Shown here one piece after another: positions 11,787 to 23,163 of a stretch of DNA of 37,974 nucleotides. Made by a program: the position numbers and the translations under genes. Below the pieces are notes generated by a model that saw nothing but the letters and a program-made list of their open reading frames with translations, did not search any database and was not told the DNA's origin. Source of the stretch: Octopus bimaculoides (taxonomy: Eukaryota); the NCBI RefSeq assembly GCF_001194135.2, contig NC_068982.1:107447120-107485093 (forward strand), written 5' to 3'. Within the stretch, counting starts at the first letter, position 1. Each line of letters opens with the position of its first letter.

Positions 11787-12051
11787 AGTTATTTATGAAT
11801 ATACCCCACTCCACACAATGTTATGTTTCCCAACAGGCTATCAAGATTAAATAGGATGTTTGATAAAATACATATCCACTTAAATACATGCTAGAAATCA
11901 CCAAACTACTTCAGATTTTTAGCCAATATCATCCTGGGAAAAGTAAACAAAACAATGCTGTTGTTTTCAATCTTTTTTAATATATGATATATTGACACAC
12001 TGAATAAGATACTAACACTGTCATGGAACATGATAAAAAGTAAATTTTATA

Positions 12052-12087
<36 letters not shown>

Positions 12088-12089
<2 letters not shown>

Positions 12090-13042
12090 TGATCATTCTG
12101 ATAAGAAAAGAACTCCTGAATTTGTTGGTGAGATCAAGGCCATGATTGACAATGATTCCCACCAAGTCAATCATTTCCATCACCAGAGACATGGGAGTGT
12201 CCGAGTTTCTTATCAGTCAGATAGTGCATGAAGACATTTGGTATTCCACGTACAAAGGACCAATTTTTATCCCAAGCCATCAAGGACTAGAGGAAAGACC
12301 ATGCTATGAAACTTTTGAACAAACTCAAGCATCCCCTTCAACCGAACATTCATTGGTTTTTCACAGATGAGAAAAGTTTCTGCCAGGATCAGATGGTGAA
12401 CACAGAACAACCTTTGACTTGCTGTATCCCCAAAACATGTACTAAAAGTGATAAAAATCAAACATCCAATCAACATTATGGTGTTTGAAGTGATTACTGG
12501 TGATGGCGATGTTATGCCTCCTTTCATCTTCCCACACAGCCTCAGACTCAACACAGAGGGATACATCAAGTGCCTGGAGGAGGTAGTGCTGCCCTGGATC
12601 AAGTGGGTGGCTGCTGGAAGACCCTATGTCTGGCAACAGGACTGTGCACCATGCCACACAAGCATGACTGTCAGACAATTTCTGCAACCACATCACCCCT
12701 AACATCTGGCCATCTAACTCCCCAGAATTCAACCCCCTTGATTATTATGTGTGGAGTGCAGTTGAGCAAAAGACCAACAAAATTCCTTGTAACACCAAAG
12801 ATGAACTGATTATGGCAGCATTCACCAACTTAAACAAGGAGACCATCCAGAAGAGTTGCAGGAGATTCCAAAGTCATCTGGAGGCCGTGGTTGAAGCCAA
12901 TGATGATTTTATTGTAGAAATTTACTCTTTGGTATTTCAAGATATTTTTATGTAGTTTTGGTAAATATATCTGTTAAAATGAGATGTCAGTGTTATTTTC
13001 ATTTTTGCATAATTTAGATAACAATTTATTCACTGCACCCTG
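12088..13042 (+). mobile_element. Tc1/mariner transposon relic, maT/DD37D-like, with 3' TIR
   Basis: Motifs WFFTDEKSF, MVFEVITGDGDVMPPFIF, YVWQQDCAPCH, WPSNSPEFNPLDYYVWSAVE and a C-terminal HLEAVVEANDDFI. It ends cactgcaccctg|TA at 13042-13044. Indels prevent counting the D-D spacing. Confidence 0.88.
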
Positions 13043-13056
13043 TATGTATATGTATG

Positions 13057-13117
<61 letters not shown>

Positions 13118-14559
13118 TCACTCATGCACACACACACATAAACACATACATACAAACAGCAATATCAACGCACTCACACACTTGCCATCTTGCCCCCACA
13201 CCCCATCACACTCTTATGCACATCATTCACATAAACACAAACACACATACTACCAAACAAACACACACACACTCAGGCTATCTATGCACTCTCCTTTCCC
13301 AAGAAAACACTTTCTCTATCTCTTTCCACTTCCAGTCACTTCAGCAATGTAACTACACATGCACTGTTGACAATTTCTTTTCCTTCTTCGGACTTTTCCC
13401 TTTCTCTTTCTAACAAAGAGCCATGCTTGAAATGTCAAAAACTCTCTTGTTTTCTGAGCATCAAACTAATACATTCCTTGTGTACATCATTTTGTTTGTA
13501 TTGTTAATTTTATTTTTCCTTTATTTGAATTGACAATATATATCTATATATATAAAGAAACAAGTTTTAAAATTACCTTCAAACAGATGGGTGTATACAT
13601 TGCATGCATTAAGTTGTAAAGGAATACATATGCATCAGTGTGATGCATTAAAATACAATGTGCAACTTGTATCAATGTAAATTTTGATTGCACTTAAAAT
13701 TGTGGGCATAAACTACAGAAATGAGGTTGTGAAATTTCAAACATTTTTAGTAATACAGGGATAGGTTTAGCGCACTGAGAGTGTTGTCATCTCAGGGTAA
13801 TTCTAATTATTGTGCTTTTAACATTTTCTGCTCTATAAAATAACCTCTAAATTATGTTAATCATTTATATCATATTACAAACTATAACTAAAAAGGAATG
13901 CAGAAGCTATATATTAATATTTTCTGTTTATTTAAAAGTGTAACTATGAACAAATGAAAAGTATTTACTTATAATACAAATGGGAAATCTGTTTGTCAAT
14001 GTCTTATCATGGCTCCTTTTTGAAGATGAATGGTGAATATGCTTACCTTAGATGCAACCTGTTCTTGTTTTTAACCATATTTGTAATAAAAAAAAAAGAA
14101 CTTCACAAAGATATCAAGTTAAGAAAAAAAGGGTTTCTTTAAATGCTGCCATTTAGAATATAGAGTATTCTTGACTGAGAGACGACTAGAAAGGCACCAT
14201 GTCTTGTGATGAGTGTTACAGTTTCAGTCCTCTATCGTTTCTGATTTCTGTCACCTCTTCTGAAACAATAAATTTTATTGAGTTGCATGCATCAAGGGAA
14301 GATACATCAAGTGACGGAAAATACTTCCTAACTCAGCAGTGACAAATATTACAATATTATTCTGCGAGGTTTTTTTTACCTGTTTGCAAGATTTTATCAG
14401 CTCAGATATTTTAACTTTGTTCTCTATTTATATTCTGGTTCTCTACAATGTTAATTTTTACTTACGAGTTAATTTTGTCAGTACACATGATAATGTTTTC
14501 ATTCTTTCTCTTCATAGTCTTGTTATATATGTTTAATTCTTGGAAAATGTCAGCTAAGA

Positions 14560-15170
14560 ATGCAACTTCCATGTCTCATTAAGAAACAGTACCAATAGAA
14601 TATCTTTTTAGACAGGAAGAAAGTAGAGCTTCTTCTTTCAGTACACAAAAGCCTTAAAAACACCTTCCCTTAAGAAAAGCATCTCACTTCTGTGTGCACG
14701 AGACGATGTGTGTGCAGCAATCACAGAAGAACAGCCTGTGGGCAACAATCATGAATTTAATGGTCTACTTTTGATATAATTACATTCTAACAGTCACAGC
14801 CTGTACTGTTTTGTGTTCAGAGTTAATGATTTTGAAATGAAGGCTTCCCTGTGGAAGAAACAAACTGCAGAGTTCTTTTGCTTCATCAGTGTTGAAAATT
14901 CTCTTAATTTTACTTTCATAGATGGAACGCCATCCAATCAAATTCTGAGGCATGCCTTCATATCTTTGTGAAGCTGGTACTTTTGCTATGAATATGATTA
15001 AGAACAATTATAGGTCACATCTTAAAGAAACTGATAGGTATGCTTATTCACCATCCATGTTCAGAAAGAGCTATGGTAAGACATCAACAAACAGATTCCC
15101 CACTAACAGAACATACGAACAGATATAACTGATCACAACATGAAAAGTATCTTTGCCTTTTATCGTTTTG
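14560..15170 (-). mobile_element. Highly decayed pogo/Tigger-like transposase relic
   Basis: ORF 14780-15007 contains RIFNTDEAKELCSLFLPQGSLHFK...VTV, resembling the pogo motif IFNADETGLFWK.LP..TL...R.TV. The rest is degenerate and the boundaries are approximate. Confidence 0.4.
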
Positions 15171-15176
15171 GGAAGT

Positions 15177-16750
15177 TATCATCATCATCATCATTTAGCA
15201 TCCGTTTTCCATGCTGGCATGGGTTGGACAGTTTGACTGGGGTCTGGGAAGCCAGGAGGCTGCACCATGCTCTAATCTGATCTGGCAGTGTTTCTATAGC
15301 TGGATGCCCTTCCCAATGCCAACCACTCCGAGAGTGTAGTGGGTGCTTTTTACGTGCCACCGGTACAGAGGCCAGGGGAGCTGGCATTGACCACAATTGG
15401 ATGGTGCTTTTTACATGCCACTGGCACAAGGGTCACAACTACTATTTCCATTTGAATGTAATTTGATTTGATTTGATTTTGATATTGATGTTGGTGTTGG
15501 TGTTGATGTATATGACTCGATAGGTCTTCTCAAGCACGGCATGTCACCCTATGATCCAAGGTACTTTTGAGTGGGCTAGTTATGCGATGCTGGTGTAGGT
15601 TACAGCTGTGAACTCACTTTATTTGCCAGGTCTTCTCAATCACAGCATACATCCAGAGGTCTTGGTCTTTTGTCATTGCCTCTGTGAGGCCCAACATTCG
15701 AAGGTCACGCTTCACCACCTCATCCCATGTCTTCCTGGGTCTCCCTCAACCCCGGATTCCTTCCACTGATTGGGAGGGGCACTTCTTCAAACAGCTCTCC
15801 TTGTCCATCCGCAGTACATGACCATACCAATGCAAACATCTCTCTTGCACGCCACATCCAATGCTTCTTATGTCTAACATTTCTCTCAGGGCACTTACCC
15901 TCTATCATGTGAGCACACTGACATTACACATCCAGCGGATCATGCTAGCTTCATTTCTTTCGAGCCTACGCATGTCTTCAGCAGTCATGGCCCACGTTTC
16001 ACTGCTGTGAAGCATGGCAGTACGCACACATGCATCATGCAACCTACCTTTCAATCTGAGCGAGCTGCCCTTTGTCACCAGTAGGAGTAGAAGCTTTCTG
16101 AACTTTCCCAAGCTATTCTTATTCTAGTGGTAATGCTCTCTGAGCATCCACCCCCACTACAGACTTGGTCACCTAGTTAACAAAAGCTATCAACTTCTTC
16201 TAGTTTCTACCCCTGACGTGATGGAATCTGTTTTCTGAGCATCTGTGGTGTTTATTGCCCCTGTGCATCTGCTGCATACAAAAGCTATCTTCCCAGTTAA
16301 TCTTCCTTTGATGTTGCTGCACCTCTTGTGTGTCCATAGCTTACACTGGGTACATCTTATGAAGTTTCTACCTACACCTTTTCTATAGATCGAACAGAGC
16401 CACCTACCTGGAGGAGTGTGTGATGTGTTTGCCTTCCTACTTACTATAATTTTGGTCTTTGCAACATTGACTCTAAGGCCCTTCGATTCTAAACCTTGCT
16501 TCCACACCTGAAATTTCTTCTCTAGTTCTGGTAGTGATTGTGCTATGAGGACCAGGTCATCAGCATAGAGGAGCACCTGGGGGAAGAGGGGGTTGATTCT
16601 TGGTGGACCCTTACCTCTACCCAGAATTCTTCACTATACTCATTACCAATCCTAACTTTACTAACAACATCTCTGTATAGGGCCTGTACAATCTTTATTA
16701 ACCATTCGTCAATCCCCAGTTTCTGCATCGCCCACCAGATAAGGGGACTT
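15177..16750 (-). mobile_element. RTE-clade non-LTR retrotransposon, 5'-truncated (3' half of RT, C-terminus, 3'UTR, (GAT)n tail)
   Basis: SLIWWAMQKLGIDEW, LLYADDLVLIA, GLRVNVAKTK, KGRLHDACVRTAMLHSSETW, LHWYGHVLRMD and GRPRKTWDEVVKRDL. Frameshifts and stops are present, and the tail reads ggatgctaaatgatgatgatgat. Confidence 0.93.
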
Positions 16751-17948
16751 TGAAAATGAAAAAAAAAAAAAAATTTCATATCTTTATTTCAAAACATAGT
16801 AAATACAAGGAACTAAACTTTTGCTGTTATGTCAGTTATCTATCTGAATAGAAAAACAAAAATGTGGATTCTATAATACTAGCTATCACTTTTAACTTAG
16901 TGCCTCCAGACATAACTTTATGCATTGGCTAATATGTGTTATCTGATATAGGAAAGGCAAACTATTTTTTATATTCCTCGTCAAAGCAGAATATTCACAA
17001 TTTTTACAACATAACATTGTTGACTCAGCAACTGTGTGAGAGTTTAACTTTTTTTTGCAACAACATACTTGCTTCTTGAACTTTGTCAGAAATAATAATG
17101 GTCTTGATAAATTACTTAGATTGGTATATTTGATCAGTCATTTAAAGCCTTCTAAATTATTCAACAGATTTATTACATCAATAGGGAAACTGTTTATTAA
17201 GGTGTCTTTTTGGTTTACATACAAAGCTCTTGTTTTGCCAATTTCTCATCAGAAAGTTATGTAGGATGTGGCTGCAGTTCTGTTAATATAATACCGAACG
17301 ACAAATAATTTTAGGAGCAATACCATGAGTACTATGCATGGTAAACAGAATAAAAATTTCATTGCATAGTAAACAGAATAGAGTTTCATTCTAACAAAGG
17401 AAATATCAAAACAAGCCCTACTATATACTGAGGCACAGTTGTTGAAGACATCTAGTCTTGAGTGAACCAGAATGAGTGAGTAGGAAGAGGAAGTTTATGG
17501 AAAGGGAACATAATGAACTACAAGTTGGCTGTTGGCTGGAATCAGAATGAAGAAGTAATACAAGAGAAACAAACAAGTGATCCACTTCAGAGAAATAGAA
17601 ATAATCTATAGTGTATTATAATGTCTTCTTTTCATCCTGTCTTTTTTCATCTCAAAATATTAACATTAACATTTTCTATTCAAAATAAATAAGCAATTGT
17701 TTCTTTTAACATAAACATTTCTTTGATCTTTATTGTATATAAGCTGGAAACTTGATGATGATAAATTTAGTCATTGTATATGCAATAGGCTTTATTTGGT
17801 CTTATGACACCAACAATACGGCATTTTTAAAATTTATTTAATAGATTATTTGAATTGACCTAGTATTTGTTGTTTAACCCTGAATTAGCATTGATCAAGG
17901 AGTTCAAGGATCAAAGCTATTCTATCTATTGATTCATATAGAGTTTGT

Positions 17949-17980
<32 letters not shown>

Positions 17981-18904
17981 CTGTGTGGGTGTGTGTAGGG
18001 CTATATTACTATTTCAGTTTGAAAGAAGTTGAGGATATGATATAAAGAAAATGTGACTGCTTTTTCTAGAAGTTCATACAACCATGCTCAGGCTTCCTCA
18101 TTGATTTATGGAAGCTTCTTTATTGGCTTATTGAAGTTTATTGAAATATATTACTTTTTGATGGTTTGTATCCAGTAATTGTCAGTATGTTGTATCCACG
18201 ACTAAGATATCTATCTTTCAAATGGCTCAGTTTATCTAATTGTAAATATGTACCACAACTTAAAAAACAACTCACTATGTGAAACTAGCATGTGTTCAAC
18301 TCCTCTGGTGAGTATGTCTTTGGAATAACTGGAATCTATTGAACTGACTTGCCTTAGATCAATGGCTTTTGCATGGATGCATAATGGTACACTGGTTTCT
18401 TTGAGATATGTGTCTAGTTATATCACAAAAATAATGATAAATGTATAAATATTTTAAAAAAGCTTTTAAGCAATATGAATGAGAAGTTAGGCAAATATGT
18501 TAAGTAATGCCAATAAATAAAAACAAAAACAAGATACTGTATTATCTTTCAGAGGTTGTTAAATACTTCTATCATATTTCGGAAAATATAATAGAAGCAT
18601 TCAGCAACCTGTGTAATTTAACACGGTATCCTATTTTTGTTTTTATTTATTGAAATCACTCTACATATTTTGTCTAACTCCTTCACTGCATTGCTTGAAG
18701 TTTTTTTTTTTTAATATTTATATCATTTATACATTACAATGCTTCAAGCAAATTACAACACTTCTTTAATAATATATTTTAAAAATGTAAAAAATTCAAA
18801 CTGAGATTCTAAATATAAAGTCTTGATGATTATGTGTCACTTGTTGAATAAAGAAGTAAGCACTTCAGAATTTTCTGTTGTTTACATAAGTTATTTCTAT
18901 AAAT

Positions 18905-19015
18905 AAATACATTTTTATAAAATATAGACATACATTTTTAATATATATAAATACATTTATAAATATATATAAATACATTTATAAATATATAAAAATACAT
19001 TTTTAATATATTTTT
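18905..19015. repeat. AT-rich minisatellite, unit of about 22 bp (aaatacatttataaatatatat)
   Basis: aaatacattt recurs about 5 times in tandem. Confidence 0.8.
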
Positions 19016-19860
19016 AAAACTTTATTTGTGATGTGTGATAAAATATCTTTAGTTTACATTAGTTATGTCTATAGACTAATGTAAGCAAAAGTATTTTATC
19101 ATACTTTGTACATAAAGTTTAATAAATTTATTTTGAAATAAGTATATATTTTAGTTTACAGACATAAATAATGTAAATTTCATTATAAACTAAAATTTGT
19201 AAATACTGTATTTTTTATGTCTTTTTAAAACTTTATGCATAGAATGTGATAAATATTTTTATTTATTCTAAAGTGCACCTAAAGAAAAAAAAAACACTTG
19301 AAACGCCTGTCCTAGATACACTGCATGAAGACAGTTTTTCAGTGGTACTCCCACAAACTGTAGGTTATAACATTCAATACTGCAATCTTAGTATTACATT
19401 AATTATTTTATCAGCTATGGAAGGATGAAGGTCAACAGTGGCCCTGATAGAGAAGAATGAAAAGTAATGTTGACCCTGATATAGAAAGAGGAGATTAATT
19501 ACTATATATGCCTGGTACATTTACTCTGCTATTTCACTGGATAATTTAATATCAGGGCTGAAGGTACTCAGTGTAACATTTATTTAGTAAACACAAAATA
19601 AAAGAATAGTTTCAGTAGTGACATTTCCAAAGAATGTCTGAATATAAACTTTCAAAGTATCTACTGCTCTTACATAACAGTTTATACAAATAAGAGATGA
19701 TAGTCTGTAATATTACAACTAAATAATACTAAATAACACATTTGCCATAGTTCAATGGTTACTAATTATTGTTTATTGCAGCTGAAAATAATTTTATATA
19801 TATCTTAAAAAATAACAGAAACCTATCAAAAAACACTTTTATGATATAATTGCAAATATT

Positions 19861-20415
19861 GGTGCAGGCGTTGCTGTGTGGTAAGAAGCTTGCTTCCTAA
19901 CCACATAATTCTGGGTTCAGTCCCACTGCATGGCACCTTGAGCAAGTGTCTTTCACTATAACCTCGGGCCAACCAAAACCTTATGAGTGGATTTGGTAGA
20001 CAGAAACTGAAAGAAGCCATCATATCATCATCATCATCGTTTAACGTCCGCTTTCCATGCTAGCATGAGTTGGACGATTTGACTGAGGACTGGCATATCA
20101 GATGGCTGCACCAGGCTCCAATCTGATATGGCAGAGTTTCTACAGCTGGATGCCCTTCCTAACACCAACCACTCCGAGAGTATATATATATATGTATATG
20201 TGTGTGTGTCTTTGTGTTTGTTCCTCCACCACTGTTTGACCACCAGTGCTGGTGTGTTTACATCCTTGTAACTTAGCAGTTTGGCAAAAGAGACCAATAG
20301 AATAAATATTAGGCTTAAAAAATAAGTCTTGGGGTCAATTTATTCGACTAAAAGAAAAACATTCAAGGCAGTGCTCCAGCATGGCCACAGTCAAATGACT
20401 GAGGCAAATGACAGA
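19861..20415 (+). mobile_element. tRNA-derived SINE, family A, interrupted by an antisense RTE tail (about 20018-20180)
   Basis: Head ggtgcaggcgttgctgtgtggtaag...gggttcagtccc and tail homologous to 9222-9612; the central insert is homologous to 15177-15335. Confidence 0.88.
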
Positions 20416-20597
20416 ATTGGTTTCAAATTATGGCACAAAGCCAGCAGTTTTAGGGGAGTGGGTAACTCGATTACATCCATCCTAGTGTCCAACAGGTGCT
20501 TATTTTAATCAACCCCTGTAGGATGAAAGGCAAAGTTGACCTTGGTAGAAATTGAACTCAGAATGGGAAGACAAACGTAATGCATTTTGCCTGGCAT
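20416..20597 (-). mobile_element. tRNA-derived SINE, family B
   Basis: ggtttcaaattatggcacaaagccagca...ggatgaaaggcaaagttgacc...ttgaactcagaa is homologous to 4644-4862. Confidence 0.8.
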
Positions 20598-22213
20598 AAA
20601 ATTCCTGACTATTGACTACTTTTTCTTATTTATTTACATTTTTTGTTCAATCTTTAATCATTTTCAAGTGTCCTGTTCTTAGATATGTGCACATGCGCAT
20701 AGATACGTATCAACATAGTTATAAAAACTTAAATTAGGTTCCAATTCAAAATCTTTATATCTTATGTAGAACTGATTTAAATATAGTGCAGGACATGAAA
20801 ACATAAAAATGATGAGATTATCAGTTCAAAGAGTATAAATTATTCAAACAACTACTCATCTTAGAAACTTAGATATGTAATAGCTTTTATGGTATCTTTT
20901 TGTTTATGCACAAAATGTAGGGTCAGTTGAAATAATGTATAAACACTGAGTACACTAAGAATAGTGTAATGTCAGAGCAAAATGACTTGCTACTTAACTT
21001 CCACTTCAAATGTTATCTATGCAAATTAGCTTTCTGAGTAAGTGGTGTTAAGTCTAATTCAAGAACATTGTTTATCATATACATTTATCGGTACACACAC
21101 AGACACACACACATGCATATTATATCCCATGGCAATACTATTTAAATGCGACAAAACAGTTTAACCTTTACAACAATACAGTGTTTGTGTGTGTGTATGT
21201 GTGTGTGTGTGTGTGTGTATGCATCTGTGTCTATGTCTATATAACAGGAAGAAAATGAGTTTTGAAGAGATGTCTCAGGTTCAAATAAATTAATAAACAC
21301 TACTACTTTAGGCTACTTCTGAATAGAATCAAAATCCATATTTGGCTTGTATTCAGTCTCCATACCTACTTTCATCATGTAGCTATCTATCACTCATCCC
21401 TTCCTTTCTCTCTCTCCCATGTTACTATTCCTTCTATCAATGTTTTGCTTATAGTACTTTGACTCCTTTCCATTACTCTGTCTTCTCCAACTTTCCTTTT
21501 GATTCCCTCTCATCACCCTCTTCTATGTCTGCCAGAGATGAAGCAGACCTCTGGTACAGATGAATAACAGATGAATGAACAGAAACAACGTAGAGTAGAG
21601 AAGACATATTAGTCTTGCTGATGACAAGACAACTTAGTGCTAATACAAAACACACCTCTGTATTATGGCTTATGAATGAATGAATGGAAACAACATAGAG
21701 AGGACTCTAATCTTACCAAGAGCAAGATTTCTCTAGGGTCGGTGCCATGACAAAATGCACCCAGTACGCTCTGTAAAGTTGCTGCAACTGTTGTACACAA
21801 ATGAGACATAGTTCTGACTTATCAAGAAGAGCAATAACTCTGTCTGATTTTGTAATGACCCAGCCAACTAATACCAGTAGCTACATATATGTACATGATG
21901 CTTTGTGAGACTCTTTCCAAGTGCATGTTTACACCAACATACAGCATCTAACTGTGTTCTTTGTTATATATATTTATATACATGTCTGATTGCTGTTTCT
22001 TGGTATTGTTTTACTTCCTGTTATATAACAGGAAAATATTTTGATAGATGACTAATATCTGGCACAGATCAAAAGCATAAGTCCAGGATGTATATTATAA
22101 ATGTAGTTATTATTATGCTCCTCAGGTGGCCTCTTCAGTTAAATTCGCTCTTGAATGATGTTTTGCCTTTCTAACATAAAAATAACATTATCAAATGCTG
22201 AAGTGTGCAAGCA

Positions 22214-22250
<37 letters not shown>

Positions 22251-22630
22251 TATGTGTGCATGTGTTTGTGTGCACACATATGTGTATGTGGACATATATC
22301 ATCATCATTTTGCATCTGTTTTAGTTATCTTTTTTGATGATAAGACACCTCATATTTTAACAGCTCCTAACAGCTTAGAAACAATATTTAAGAAGGTAAT
22401 TTATCCTTAAGAGTTTATCAGTGATATTCTTTTCTCTCTCTCTCTCTCTTTACTTTTGTTATTTTATTTATTATTTATTTATTTGCATGTTGGGTGTGAA
22501 AGAAAAAGGCAGGGAGTAAATAAAGATTTCAATTTCTTATCCGAATTTGAAACAAACAAAATAGTTTGCACTGATATGATGAAGAGCTATTATTCACTCA
22601 TCAAAGATAAAATTCAGTTACAGTCTAGAA

Positions 22631-23163
22631 AAGGGGTCATCAAACTATGGCCTGCAGGCTGGATCTGGCATGCGAGGTCAGTTCATCTGACCTGTTGCCG
22701 CACTGTGTCTTTTGTGTAAGTACCTGCAATGAGAGTTTATTTGCCTCTGGTATGGCATCAGTGTTTGGAACAACTTATGTCTGTGAGCAAGCATTTTCAA
22801 TAATGAAGTATGGGAAATTGAACAATGTTGACTGATGAACATTTGAAAGCAATTCTCTTACTTGGATGCAGCAATTCCAAAGCAAATATTGATGATATCT
22901 TAAAAGCTAAACACCAATTTCACAAATCTCATTAACCTTTTTTGATGCTTAGTTTGAGAGATTTGAATATGCACAGACTGGGTGTGGTATAACTATCTTA
23001 TTGCTAACGTTGCCTTCTTTGATAACTGTTTGGTAAATAAATATGTTGGTTGTCTTTACTTTTTGTGTATTCACTGTATTGTATTGAACAAAATAGTTAT
23101 GTGGCCTGCACTCATCATTCTCTCAGTTATCCAACCCACCATAAAAAAGTTTGGTGACCCCTG
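22631..23163 (+). mobile_element. Non-autonomous hAT (Charlie/SPIN-group) element, 533 bp, retaining the transposase C-terminus
   Basis: TIRs aaggggtcatcaaact / agtttggtgacccctg (14/16 complementary) and an identical 8-bp TSD gtctagaa at 22623-22630 and 23164-23171. Internal MASVFGTTYVCEQAFSIMK...LTDEHLKAIL...HQFHKSH* is the hAT C-terminal dimerization region. Confidence 0.92.

Noticed and set aside
18553-18625. Possible cryptic exon (tttcag|...|gtatcc) with an open frame EVVKYFYHISENIIEAFSNLCNLT
   Set aside because: It is 73 bp and would break the frame in a phase-0 intron; the donor is weak and there is no ITPR similarity.
21612-21630. gtcttg-CTGATGA-caagac hairpin
   Set aside because: CUGAUGA sits in a hairpin loop with no stem II and no GAAA, which is not hammerhead topology.
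22831-22848. CTGATGA-acattt-GAAA
   Set aside because: There is no room for a stem II; the sequence is the coding LTDEHLK of the hAT transposase.
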